Assembly: GCA_973895155.1 (NCBI GenBank)
Contig: OZ316899.1
Location: forward strand, 9,546,287 to 9,610,286
From: Marsupella aquatica
Lineage: Eukaryota > Plantae > Marchantiophyta
Direction: 5' to 3'
DNA: 64,000 bases
This document shows, piece after piece, positions 35,681 to 47,307 of the stretch; within the stretch, counting starts at the first letter, position 1; every line of letters begins with the position of its first letter. The notes under the pieces were generated by a model. The model was not told the origin of the DNA, did no database searches, and saw nothing but the letters and a program-made list of their open reading frames with translations. Both the position numbers and the translations under genes were made by a program.

Positions 35681-36843
35681 ATTTCTTCGATGGTAGACTT
35701 GTCCTTATGGTCTCGGGCAGATCGTCTTCGTTTGCTCACGGGGAGGAGCTCCTCCTTTGATTCGTCTTCTCGGTCTCCCGGTTCTCTTTCTGATTCTTCC
35801 TAGTTTCGTTCTTATGGGTCTCCGTTCGAATCTGGTTCAATGGGGTCGATCGTTCTTACGCCGTCTTATCGTCTCTGGGTAATTCGTGAATCGTTTGCTG
35901 CTGTTCTGCTGGTCAATTGCTCAAGGCACCATTTTCCTTTTGATTGTTGTTCCGTGTTTCCTTCTTGTTTGTTTCGCTCGGGCCTGAGTGCAGATTGTGC
36001 TCTTGTCCTTATGAGTCCCCTTGCTTCCCTGCAGCTTTCTTTTGGTATCTACTTTTCTTCAGGTCTTGTCCCGATATTGTTAGATTCTTTCTTCTTCGGT
36101 GGGGGGAATTGGGGATCGCTGCTTTTCGTTTTCTTCAATATAGCGTTTCTGAATCTGGGGATTCGTGTGTTTCAATTTTGAGTAATTACGATCGGATCCT
36201 GGTCCGGGCCTCGATTTTCTTCTTTTCCCTTCCAACGAGTTCCAGCTCTTGTTTATGGCTGAGGCTATTCTGCGTTCCTCTCCAGGTCCTGATCTTTGCT
36301 TTACCTTCGGGTTCGCGCTCCCTTCTATTGATTTCTCAATTTCTCTTATCTGTTTTTCAATTTCCCGTGTTCGGGGTTACTCCCAGATTGGTCTCTCCTG
36401 CTTTGCTGTCAATGTCTGTGACATCAGGTTTCGATCTGCGCTGGCCTGTCCTCCTTTGCTTTCTTTACTTCGTTTCTTTGATTACGACATTCCTTCTTGT
36501 CTGCTTCAATTTTGTCTTTCTCTCTTGTTTCCTTTCGTTTCAATTCATTTGCATTAGGCTGCGGCTGGCCCTTCGTGTTTCTGTTTTCCTTCTGTCTCTC
36601 AGGTCCTCTCCTATTATGTCAGTGTCCTTTTAATTCTCGCCTTTTGCTCGCTGGCTCACGAGATCTCTCGATGGTGGTCTATCGTTCTCAAGCCATAGAC
36701 AAACCGGGAGCCCATATTGTTCTACTCGAGGTTTCTATCGAGAAATGGCCCTCAAATGTGGCCAAAAGTGCTCAACTTTTGGGAAAAACTCTTCGGATCT
36801 CCCCTTATGGTTTAGCACCTCTTCGTGAAAAAAAATTTGCATT

Positions 36844-36990
36844 CGTGCTGATAATGTGTTGCAAACCATATACTCCAACAATGTGATGAATCTTATTCAT
36901 GTGTCCAATATATATACATGAGGTAGTTGAGTTAGATCTTGGTTAGATCTTAACTCGGGTTAAGATATCTAATCCTAGTTAGGGTATAAC
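36844..36990 (-). mobile_element. Bianca-like copia LTR edge and PBS
   Basis: The minus strand reads ...GCAACA CATTATCAGCACG, resembling the Bianca-type internal tRNA-Met PBS. LTR extent is uncertain. Confidence 0.45.
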
Positions 36991-37190
36991 AAAAAGCAAT
37001 TTATTTCGGATTTAGAAGGAAGCAATTTTTCAGTCTGAAATCCCAACTTCTTCACTTCTTTCCAAAACTTCCTTTTGAGGCTCAAAATAGGTTAAGGGGT
37101 GATCAGATGCTTTCAAAAACTTTGAAGTAGTGACAAAAAGTTTTAAATTGTACCAGTTTTACTCCATAACTCTTATTTGCCATTCCACAG

Positions 37191-37432
37191 ATTAAGAGGC
37201 ATGAGCTCAGCATCATGTAGGGGCAACTGGATACCGCTCAATCTGATAACCAGATTATCAAGGATAAACTGACTCAAACCCAAGGGGAGTTGGCCGACGC
37301 GGTCAAGGAAAAGGAGAAATGGAAGCAGAAGCTAAAGGACGCAGAAGCAACCAACAATTGGGCCATGGCAGAAACACAAAGGAAGGAAGGGCGCTGAAGG
37401 GGGAGCTCGAGGATCTCCGCAAAGCCCTTGAG
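37191..37432 (+). other. Isolated ~240-bp fragment of the coiled-coil part of the solo-LTR ORF
   Basis: attaagaggcatgagctc...gcccttgag aligns with about 42315-42569, with an internal deletion. Confidence 0.85.
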
Positions 37433-38050
37433 CCGGGAGTCCTACGCTGTTGCGGTTGCTTGTCTATGGATCCCAATGGACAACCCCTCTTCATTTTGGG
37501 TGTTGTTGCTGCTGATGGTTGGTCTGCCATATTGATTCGTGATGGGGCGTTTGCTACTGGTACGTGTGACCTAGTCACCTTTGGAACATCAGCAAAAGAG
37601 TCAGGCAGCTCCTCCATTACCATTGTAAGGTGAAGCATCCGCTAGACCTCTGAGTTTGTTTGACCAGTCCGTGGGTCATTCCAAAATTTGGAATTTATTT
37701 GCCAAGCGAGTTCTGCATTTGGAATGTCAGGTGACTTTTGCACTATGCTTAATGTGGGAAAGACTTCCTCATAAAAATGGCAATTGGCAACTCTAGCCTT
37801 GTACACATTGGCAGTCATTGGTTCTAAATATCTACTAATAGAAGTATGAATAAAAGCCAATGTATATCTTCTTCTGCCTCTGCAGTCCAAGCTTAGTCCT
37901 TTTAGATCCCATTATTGGTACCAGCACATGGCACCCAAAAGTTCTTAGGTGGGATAAATCTGCATGGGTTAGTCCCAAATGCAAGGTGATGTGGTGAGCT
38001 TGCATTAAAGGTTGATGGTCTATAACGTATTAGTGCTGCTGCGTACAAGA
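37433..38050 (-). pseudogene. Ty1/copia (Bianca-like) integrase C-terminal/linker fragment
   Basis: RYLEPMTANVYKARVANCHFYEEVFP, LPDSFADVPKVTRSHVPVANAPSRI and KRGCPLGSIDK. Confidence 0.75.
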
Positions 38051-39722
38051 TAGTCTGCAGGCCCTAAGCAGAGGGTGGTAGTTGTGACAGCATGAGCATG
38101 GGCCGTGCTATTGACTGTAATTTTTTTATAAGAGATTTGGTTATTCCATTTTGGAAGTGTACAGTCACGGAACTCGACTACATTAACACTTAGCTCCGGC
38201 GTCCCTGACTCCGACGCCAAGCTCCCTTATGGTCTAGGCCCGGATAGGCCATCTGTGGAGAACTTAGCATGGGGAGACTTGTTGGCAATGAGACATGGCA
38301 CTAGCGAAGGCAAGAGTCAAGCTGGTGACACACACTAAGGACTTAGACTAGCTGAGTCCTGGTCGGGTCAAGGGGAAAGGGGCCGGGCTCAAGGTCAACC
38401 GTCTGGACCCGCAAACGGACTTTGAGTTCTAAGGGCTTGGGTGAGAGATCCTCTTGGGCCCAAGGCCAATGGAGTTGACGCCATGGGCAACGAACGCTTG
38501 GGGCATGAGTTATGGCCCAATCCAGGTTTGGCCGATCGAGGGCCTAGGCATGAGCACTAGGTTGGACCAATCACAACGGGCTAAGACATTCCACTTGCGG
38601 ACGCCTAACTAGGAAGTTATGGGTGTTGCCAGTTAGTGGCGGGCCCAGACATGTGAGATAGGATCCGGGTTGTGGCCCAAAACGTTGAGGACCAAAGTTG
38701 GTCTGGGAGTGGCAGGTCTCCAGAAGCATGTATGAGGGGAGTTGTGTCTCCCTGGGGGCTAAGGGCGAGCCAAAGTTGTGAGCCGTGGCGGTCGCGACAC
38801 TCAGGGAAAACGTTAAACAGAAATGACGAGAATTTCCCAACGGGAAGTCCGTTGGAGGACTTCTTGGGTGCGTTGGAAAGCTCTTGAGGAGAACTACATC
38901 TTACTGAGATCATCTAGGTCTAGGGGAGTCATACTAGGTTCTTGAGGTTTGTGGGTGTTATCACACCCACTTGCCAAATCTTGCCAAAACACTAGCCAAG
39001 CCATGTTCAGTCTTTCAAGAGAGCTTGAGTAGGGGAGGCAAGTCCAACTAGGTGTGGTGGTTGAGTTCCAAAGGCACTTGTCCCCTAGACCATCAGTGGG
39101 GCGAGAACCGGGAGTTGGTTGCTAGAGTCGGTGGCCATTATGGTCCCGACGTGTTGGGACAAGCTTGGGACAAGATTTAGGACAAGCTATGCTATTTGGG
39201 CCATGAGCATGTCCCGGGGGCAGGTCGGTCAGTTGGTGATGGATAGGTACAAGGGAGAACCCGGACCACGCCCAAGGAAGGGGCTGTTCTGGACAAACAG
39301 TGGGTGTGGGTTCTGGTTTCGGCTTATGGCATTGGGAGGACCTATCGCTGACCTACTTACCAATGTTTGTTGAGCTTGAGTTAGGATGCTAGACTTGGGG
39401 AGATCTAGATCCTGAAGTGTTACTTACTGAGATGCTTGGTTGCTTGTGCAGATAGTGAGGACCGTTGAGTAGCGGTTGTGTTAAAGAGCAAGTGCGGCTT
39501 TGTATGGGAGGGGCCGCTGGTGGTGCAAGGGGCACTAGGGTGCTTGCTTGAGGTATTCCGTGGAGGCGTTCGTGCACCAGGGGCACTTAGGCGTGGGTGC
39601 CAGGATTGGTGAGAGCGTGGCAACGTCCACCACTCGCGTCCAGACATACGGGAGACATGCCACCCCCAACCCGGACCAAAAGTCCATGAAGGGTCCGGGG
39701 GTGGCATGTCTCCAGAAGCATA

Positions 39723-42700
39723 TGTGATGCCTAGACAGGAATCACTCGGCCAGTTAAGTGGGTAAAGCAGGAAGGCACCCTAGGAACACCTTAGTATAGG
39801 GATAAAACAAGGAAAATATAAACAATTAGGGGCAACCATGGAACCCGGGCTGAGGCCGGAGGTAAGGACGCTGAGGGTGAAAACTCGATTAGGGTTAGGG
39901 CGCGTTAAGCGTCGGCGGCTAGGAAGGATCAACGGGAAGAAGGACCAGCAGAGGAGAGGGGTAAGGAGCGCTTGCAGGAGATGGTGGCTCATTTGCGAGC
40001 ACGAACTAGGCAGACGACTACGGGAGGCCAACTACTGTCAGCTGCTTAGGCAAGCACTCGGGGAGAGAGTAGATACCGACGATCGACCTAAGGAGGGTAT
40101 GAGCAACGTCAATCAAGCGGCACATTTCTGGGGATGCCTGTTCGAACGGGCAACTGAGTACATCAAGACTTACGAGGATGAGGAATCAGAAAGGGCAGCT
40201 CGAGAATGGCAGGAGCTCGCTCGATTGTGGGAGCTGCAGAAGACGGATTTCTTTCTTAGGAGGCGAACTCATCAAGGACGAGTTCCTGTGGACGCCTACT
40301 TCCAATCAACTCAACGATCTTCTGTTTTGCAAAGACAGCGTCGTCGGCATCCGAGAGGCCATCAAGAACTGCAACGACATACACTGGGAATTAAAGGGTA
40401 GCACGGAAAGGTGGACCCAGGCAACGGTGCTAGGAGAAACCTCCACGGCAGCAGAGATGAAGAGGAAGGGAGCCATCAACGATGAAGCCACCCCGGCAAA
40501 AAGAACGAGGTCGGCGGCACCAAAGAAGCCAGCCGGGCAGCAGAGCAGGAGGCAGGGAGAAGCCGAAGAGGAGGAGGTCGATCCCATCAAGGCCATTCCA
40601 ACCAGGGATGACACCTGGAAGGGCTGGGCGGCAACCCTACCGGTGGAGGTGCAACTACATTTTGCACGGGAGGAGGATGCATGCTTTACGGCCATGCAGA
40701 CGAAGTACCAAGGCTTCATGGCCGGATCCGGCTTAGAGGCCTGTAAGATTACCATGGCTGAAGCCGGAGGTACCGGAGTCAGACCTATTAGAATTTGTGG
40801 GGTCATGGGAACCCGAGACCAATTGCACGAGGATATATGGGAAGGATTTCTATCTTACTCCCAAGGTAATTGCCGAAGTGTTTGGCTTGCCGATAGGCAA
40901 TAAGACCAAAGTTGATACCAGGAAGACCTTGCCTGACAAGGAGTTCCGGTCGTTCCCCGGGCCATCAACGAAGAATGGCTTCTTCCGGAACACCTGCACC
41001 AACCCGCACATAGGAGAGATGATCGACTTCTTGCGGGTGACCATGCATTGTAACTTGCCGAGGGCAGAGATCGGCAAGGCACAGGTCTATCTGGCAGAGA
41101 GGCCAGACCCAAGCCGGGACTACAACGGGTACCTCCTCAACCAATTGAAGAAGATCTTAAAGGAGGAGCAGCAGGTAATCGGCATGGGGAGCGTGTCGCG
41201 GCTTGGCTATCACATGCCGCTGTTGTGCCGGTATGCCAGAGGTCAGACTTTTGCCCCAGTACTTCCCCTGCAGGTAAGGGCACCCGAGGAAGCTCCAACG
41301 CCGAGGCCATTGGCTGAGAAGCCTCAACCACCTGTTAGCCCTACGATCGAGCAGGTGTTTAGGCCCAGGAAGGAGGACTTGCTGATGCAGCAACCAGGCA
41401 TGCAGAGTCTGCTGAAACTACTGGAGAAAGAAAAGAGATCGGCATCGGCAACAACAATGGCAACGGCAACAATGCAGGACACTACTACAGAGGTAGGCCT
41501 ACACCGGCTCACAAGAGAAAACCCCTTTGCTGGAGACAAGGAGAGAATCAGGCCGGAATCCAAGCCAGGTGTTCGAATGTATGTGGGAATCTCAAGCTCC
41601 GAATCTGAGGCAGAATTGCCTGAAGCTCCTACCGACAAAGAGGAGAGGGAGAAGCCGGACGTCCAAGAAGTAGAGGAGGCAGTGGAGGACTGCAGCCATG
41701 ATAATTCCGGCTATGGGTCGGACCATCACGTTCTAGGAGTAAGGACCTGTGGCCGGTTTGTCCCCACACTTCCAAGGGTAGTGCGAGGGGACCCCAACCA
41801 ACAGAGTAGCCCTGAGTCTCCCCCACCAGATGTTGCTCCCCCGAGCTTTGACGGCATAAAACAGACGGTGCAGGAATTTCAGGAGCGAATCAGGCAGGAA
41901 GAGGAGGCAGCCCTGGCTAGGGAAAAGGATTTACCAGGAGGAGATTGGCCGGAGGACATCAGGCGGCTAGCCGAAAAAGGAAGCAAACCTCTAGCCACGA
42001 TTGAAGAGATCCGCAAGACGGCTTGGGAGCAGAGGCCGCGATGGGCGATGCCGATCACTTCTACTTACTCCACCTACGCTAAGAATAGAGCCATGGAGTA
42101 TGGTGAGATGTGTGGGGAACTTGCACTCGGCATCTTTGGAGAGGAGTTGGAGGTAGGACCCTTTTTCCATAGGGAGCAGTTGGAGAAGCACCAATTAGAA
42201 GAAGCGGTGGCTTTAGAGAGAAGCAAGAAGGACGAGGTCATTCGGCGGCTTAGGAGGATGGAAGCCGAGATTGAAGATCTAAGGGCGGCCAAGAAAGCCC
42301 AAGATGAACTGCGGATTAAACGGCATGAGCTGAACATCATGCAGGGGCAGTTGGACACCGCGCAGGCTGATAATCAGAATATCAAGGATAAACTGACTCA
42401 GACGCAGGGAGAGTTGGCCGACACGATCAAAGAGAGGGAGAAGTGGAAGCGAGAGCTGAAGAATACAGAGGAGGCCCACATAACAGCCAACAGCCGGGCC
42501 ATGGCAGAGACCCAAAGAAAGGAATGGGCGTTGAAGGGGGAGCTCGAGAAAATCCGCGGAGCCCTTGAGCAGAAGGAGGCCGAGTTAGGGAAATCCTATC
42601 AAGGGATTATGGCGCTGCAGCAGGAGCTTGCGTCCCTGACGGCCAGCTTCAAGGCCGACCTAAGGGAGAAGGACGAGATACTCGATCAGACTTACGCCAA

Positions 42701-44383
42701 GATGAACCAGATGGAGTCTGTCATCATTGCAGAGCTCGACAAGGAGCTAAGAGCAACCCGGGAGGAGAGGACTACCTTGAAACAAGAACGGGAGGAAGCC
42801 CAGAAGGAACTAGAGGAGGCGCGCAAGGACCTGGATGAGACCCAGGAGGAGTTGGAGGAAATCACGAGGAAGATGGAGAACCTCCAGCGGCGGGCCGACA
42901 ACCAAACGGAGCGGCTGAAGAAACAAGCCGCAGTATTTAAGTGCTTGTCTTCATCAGGCCCAACTCCAATTGGGGCAACCAAGTTACCAGGAGTGGTACT
43001 GGCCGAAGAAAAAGCCGCGCCACCTGCACCAGTGCCGGAAGTAAGTGGGAAGGGGAAGGGACCAGCTGCCGAACCAGAAAAGAAGAAGAAGCGGAAACCT
43101 TCAGGGTCAAGGAGTAATCCGACTCCACAAGCCGTGGTGACCAAGGAGGTAGAACCAGCACCATCCTCCGGCATAAATATGGCAATAGATCCCGCTATCA
43201 TCACAGGTGGGGGTGGTGCGGCCCAAGCCGAACTACTCAATAATGAGGCCGGTATCCCAGATCCGCCTCTTGAGCAGGCCAGGGAGACCGTAGCCGAGGC
43301 TGAGGCCGTAACCGATTCCCGAGCCGATGCCGACGCCGATGGTGGACCCAGTCAGGCCGATGGAGAGTTGACTCAGTCAAGGGCAGGTAATCTGTCAGAG
43401 AATGAACCTACGGCAGTGGCTGAGGAGGAAGCGTTGGGGGCGTCCATTAAGGATCCACCACCGGTGTCATGACGGTGCAAGGGCGCCGTTCCTTTTAGGG
43501 AGGGCGGACGTGGAGGGAGGAGGCGTGAGTGGGCAGGGCGGGCGCTGATCTCCAAGTTTAGGATTAGGATCAGGACCAGGAGCGGCCCTGACACTTAGCT
43601 TAGTGGGATTGCGGTTCCACTGGTAGGAGCAACACTTGTGCTCCTGCCTTGCTGTACATAGGTAGATTCGGGCAAGTAGATTACTGTTAGGTAGATTAGG
43701 CTTACGATGCAAAGAATGGCGGATCCACTACCAGGATAAGTACCTGGGCAGCGGGGAGCTCAGGGCCTCTTCTTTAGCAAGTTTTTAGTTTGCACCAGCC
43801 GGGCTGGGATCAAGTAGTACGAGAAGCTCTAGGTTAGTCATACAGTGACCCTTGTGTATATTCATGTTTCCTCATGCCTAAGAGCTGAATAGAGTTGGCC
43901 TCACGGCTTAGTTCGCAGAGCTTGTGTATGAGATGTACTGTTTGTATGGCAAGTGCATGGTATGACTCAGTCAGAATGAGTCATTTTGCTATTTGTGTGT
44001 CGCATTAACTTGTGTGAAGAGTGCCCACATCAACCAGAAGGAAGGAAAGTAAGCAGGGGAGTGAGAGTTGGATGTGTCGAGCTGAGAGAGGTTTTAGCGG
44101 CTTAACCAAGCCTATTGGGGATCATTCCGGCGGCGGAATCCAAACATACCTAACAAGACGGAGGGGAAGACAGGGGAAGGCCTAGATTAGGCCGGCTACG
44201 TATCTCATGACCCGATGAAGGATCTGTCCAGTATATGTGTGTAAAATGTTAATAGTAGTAGTAGAAGGTTAGCAGCGTCCCATGCCGCTAAGCCGCGGAA
44301 ACGGCCTCGCCAAGCGCAAAACCTGCGGGAATCGGCTTGAGCTGGGGGTTTCTTGGGTTTAGGGAGCCATGGGACGCACCACA
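39723..44383 (+). mobile_element. Protein-coding solo-LTR-like unit, copy B (4661 bp), with 5-bp TSD GCATA
   Basis: TGTGATGC...GCACCACA ends. GCATA at 39718-39722 and 44384-44388. An empty-site homologue is visible at 38715-38750. No internal direct repeats and no gag/pol. Confidence 0.88.
39838..43472 (+). pseudogene. Long LTR-borne ORF (over 1100 codons, two frameshifts): plant transposon-protein-like core plus long coiled coil
   Basis: Overlapping ORFs 39838-40401, 40178-40903 and 40797-43472. Motif GL..F......LLEFV..W.....IYGKDFYLTPKVIAEVFGLPIG; E/K/Q-rich heptads at about 42200-42940. Confidence 0.8.
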
Positions 44384-44466
44384 GCATATATGAGGGGAGT
44401 GGTGTCTCCCTGAGGGCGTGGGTGCCGGGATTGGTGAGGGCGTTGGGTGGTAAGGTCCACCACTTG

Positions 44467-44478
44467 TGGTATCAAAGC
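44467..44478 (+). promoter_or_regulatory. tRNA-Met primer binding site of element 5
   Basis: TGGTATCAAAGC (one mismatch to TGGTATCAGAGC), 4 nt after the LTR end CA at 44462. Confidence 0.7.
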
Positions 44479-44629
44479 AATTGCTGGTATAGACATTGGG
44501 CCGGGGTTGTGCTAGGTCGGAATCCAAAAATCTTAACAGATTTTTGCGGGGACTTAGTGCTTCAACGTGCTTGGCGGGTCGACTGCGGGCAGATTTGGTT
44601 GCTGGGGACATGGCAAAAAACACTCAATC

Positions 44630-45729
44630 TAAGAGTGGCAAACAGGCTCCCCCCGCCAAGGGGAGAGCCCAAGCTCAAGAAGGAGGACGGGTGGACTTCC
44701 CTAGACAAACGTTACAAGCAGGACAACGAGGACATGGCGGCCGAACCGTCGACCACCGCAGCAAACACATCAAGTGCAGAGCGCCATCAACTTAAGGGGA
44801 AGGAGGTGGCTAATCCTTCAGAGGATGGGTTGGGCAATGACGGCTCCGACTCAGAAGGAAGCGACGATGGTTCAAAGGCTGAATTGGAGGAAGAGGGTCA
44901 GGACCCGGAAGAGGAACTGATCCCAGCCTTGAGAGGGTTGGATGCGGAACCAGAGGATGATGTCAAGCCGGACATCATCATGGATAATTTGACCAAGCAG
45001 AACCAGGGCGATGCGGGTGATGCCTCAGCCCCAGGAGGTCGATCATGGTTTAGGGTAAGACGCGGGGGTGTCACCAAAATCCACAAAGGAACCTAAGGAC
45101 AAACGGCCCGCAAAGGAAAGACGGTTGGAGGACCGTCCTCATACAACCTGCAAGGCCCAGCCACTGACGATGGTTTGGGTCCATTGATTGAAGACCAACA
45201 ACTCATTTATGAGCAGTTGGAACACAACAAGGGGGCCCAGATTAAGTACTTACTTAGTCTGGGTAGTCAAAGTGTGATGCATCCCGAGGGGGAATGGTAG
45301 TTGGATAGAGTATGTTCCAAGTGAACCAGCTACCAACTCCTCCACCTTACAATGGGGCCTATGAACAAAGTGGACAAAAGTTCTTGAGTTGGCTCTCCAC
45401 GATGGAGATCCATCTCCAAGCGTGTGTTGAGCGTTCCACTTGGGCTACCGCAGCCGCTCCTTACTTGAAGGACTATGACTTGGTACAAGTCTTGGAAGAA
45501 GTCACAAGAGGACTCCTCCTTTCCGTTAACTTGGGAAAACCTGGTTGAGGGTCTCCATGCTCATGTCACCACCAAGTACCCGGAACGGCACGCTCAAAAA
45601 TGTGTAACGGAGATGAGCTTCAGGGGTGATATCCAAAAGTTCATCACTTATTACCAAAACCAGTTGGCGTGTATCCCGGCAGGGCTATTTGGATTAATGT
45701 TGCGAGAAACATTGATGATTGAGGTTTAA
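44630..45729 (+). pseudogene. gag: Degenerate gag of element 5
   Basis: PPPYNG...FLSWLSTMEIHL...AAPYLKD / TWYKSW...LTWENL is a retrotransposon capsid-like pattern, downstream of the PBS. Confidence 0.62.
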
Positions 45730-46859
45730 TACATCATGGGGGCCTTTTTAAAATTGCTCATAGGGTACATGGCAACCTATGGATCGGACCATGATGGGGG
45801 CAGGCATCGTCGGCACAAATACCATCATCGTAGGGGGACGTACAAGTCTTTGGATAGGCGAAGGGATGACTCGTCTGACAATGATGATAAGCATGGCGGT
45901 AGTTCTCACCAACACAGAGACCATCATCGGCATAGGGGGAGTTCAGCTTTGTCGGGCTATAGGAGCAATGAGGAGCCGCATAGGAGGAGGGGTGACAAGG
46001 GAGGGAGGACCAGGGGAGGGAGGACCAGGGATGACTCATCCTATGAGGACCATGGTGGGGGTACTTACACCCAACATAGAGATGACCGTCATCATAGGGG
46101 GAGGGACAACCTGTTGAACCAGGGGAGACATTACTCACCAGACATGTATGATTGATCTAGGCGTCATCAACGCAGACATCATTCTAAGGGCAGGGACGGC
46201 TGGAGCCCCCATTGACGGATGGATTTGGAGAGGCCATGGCTGCTCTTCAGGGGATTGGGCCAGTTTGCAAGATGCCTTGCCCTTGCAAACAATGCAAGGG
46301 TGTTGTCTTACACAAGAGGACCACTGTCCTTAGCCATTTAGGGATCCATGGTCGTTACATCCCCCCGACCCAAGAGGTAATACAATTTTCTTGGGTATTG
46401 CAATTATGATAACTTCTCCTTCCTCAACTTATGGTTTGATTGTCATATTCTGAACTTGTCTTGGTGAACATGTGGAACAAATTCCTATTAATGTAGTGCG
46501 ATCTTTGCCTGTGAACTGCTTGAGAGACATTGCACGTTGTGCGCTTGCACCACTCGTCCATCCATCTGCATTGCCAACCACATTGAGGGCAATAGACCGT
46601 GTATTTTGTAGGAGGAGGAGAGTGTCTAGGATGCACCCTAGACCCCGATTGATTGATTCCCTAGGTCACCACTAGACCCCGATTGATTGATTCCCGTCCA
46701 CCTAGGATTGTTCCACCTTGATGCCCTTTTCTTAATGTATCGGTGTCCCGGGTGCCAAGAGAGTTGCAAGGGAGAGCCTTGGACATCAAAAAGGGCTCCT
46801 TCCCAGCCCAGTTTGGACTCCCTATGGACCTCCCGCTTTGGGAGCCTGTTATAGTTTGG

Positions 46860-47307
46860 GACCGCCCATGGGTCATCCTCCCCTCCACATTGGGGACTCT
46901 GTAGGACTTGGAGTATTTTCTCTTGTGGATATTGTGGTCCCTACTGGTTGTGCACCCAATGATTTTCCTCAGTTGTTTCCATTCTATGGGCCAAAGTATT
47001 GGGCGGCGAGATGGCGCATCTTGTCCCGACAGTGTCCAACCTTTAGTAGGTATGGCATGTCACTAAGTTGGACCCTAGGTATGCTCAGATTGATGGTTAT
47101 CCGCCTTGCACGGGGAACTTGGCAGGTTACATCAACAACAGTATTGGTTCTCAACGTTTAGGGTTTAGGCCAAACGTTGAGTAACACGAGTACCATGACC
47201 AGAGTCACCCTCGTTTGCCTGTAGCATGCACGCATTACATCTTGACACATGCTACCCGCACCATTAGAGCAGGGGAAGAGATTCTTGTAGATTATGATTG
47301 GCATTGA
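46860..47307 (+). pseudogene. SET-domain gene relic nested in the first intron of the CACTA transposase
   Basis: PWVILPSTLG/DSVGLGVFS...FPFYGPKY...IDGYPPCTGNLAGYINNS...PNVE*...ATRTIRAGEEILVDYDW; two frameshifts and one stop. Confidence 0.78.

Noticed and set aside
35840-36886. Hydrophobic 'membrane protein' ORFs
   Set aside because: Produced by T/C strand skew. The opposite strand is the more likely decayed coding strand, and its identity (LINE ORF1 or other) could not be established.
40797-43472. Retroviral env or SMC/myosin host gene
   Set aside because: No signal peptide, transmembrane segment or ATPase motif; it lies wholly inside a TSD-bounded mobile unit.
45736-46155. His/Arg/Asp-rich 139-aa protein
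   Set aside because: Low-complexity internal duplication at the gag/CACTA junction, with no independent support.
47157-47169. Third telomeric insertion TTTAGGGTTTAGG
   Set aside because: Under two units and in frame within the SET relic (RLGFRPN); may be ordinary coding sequence.
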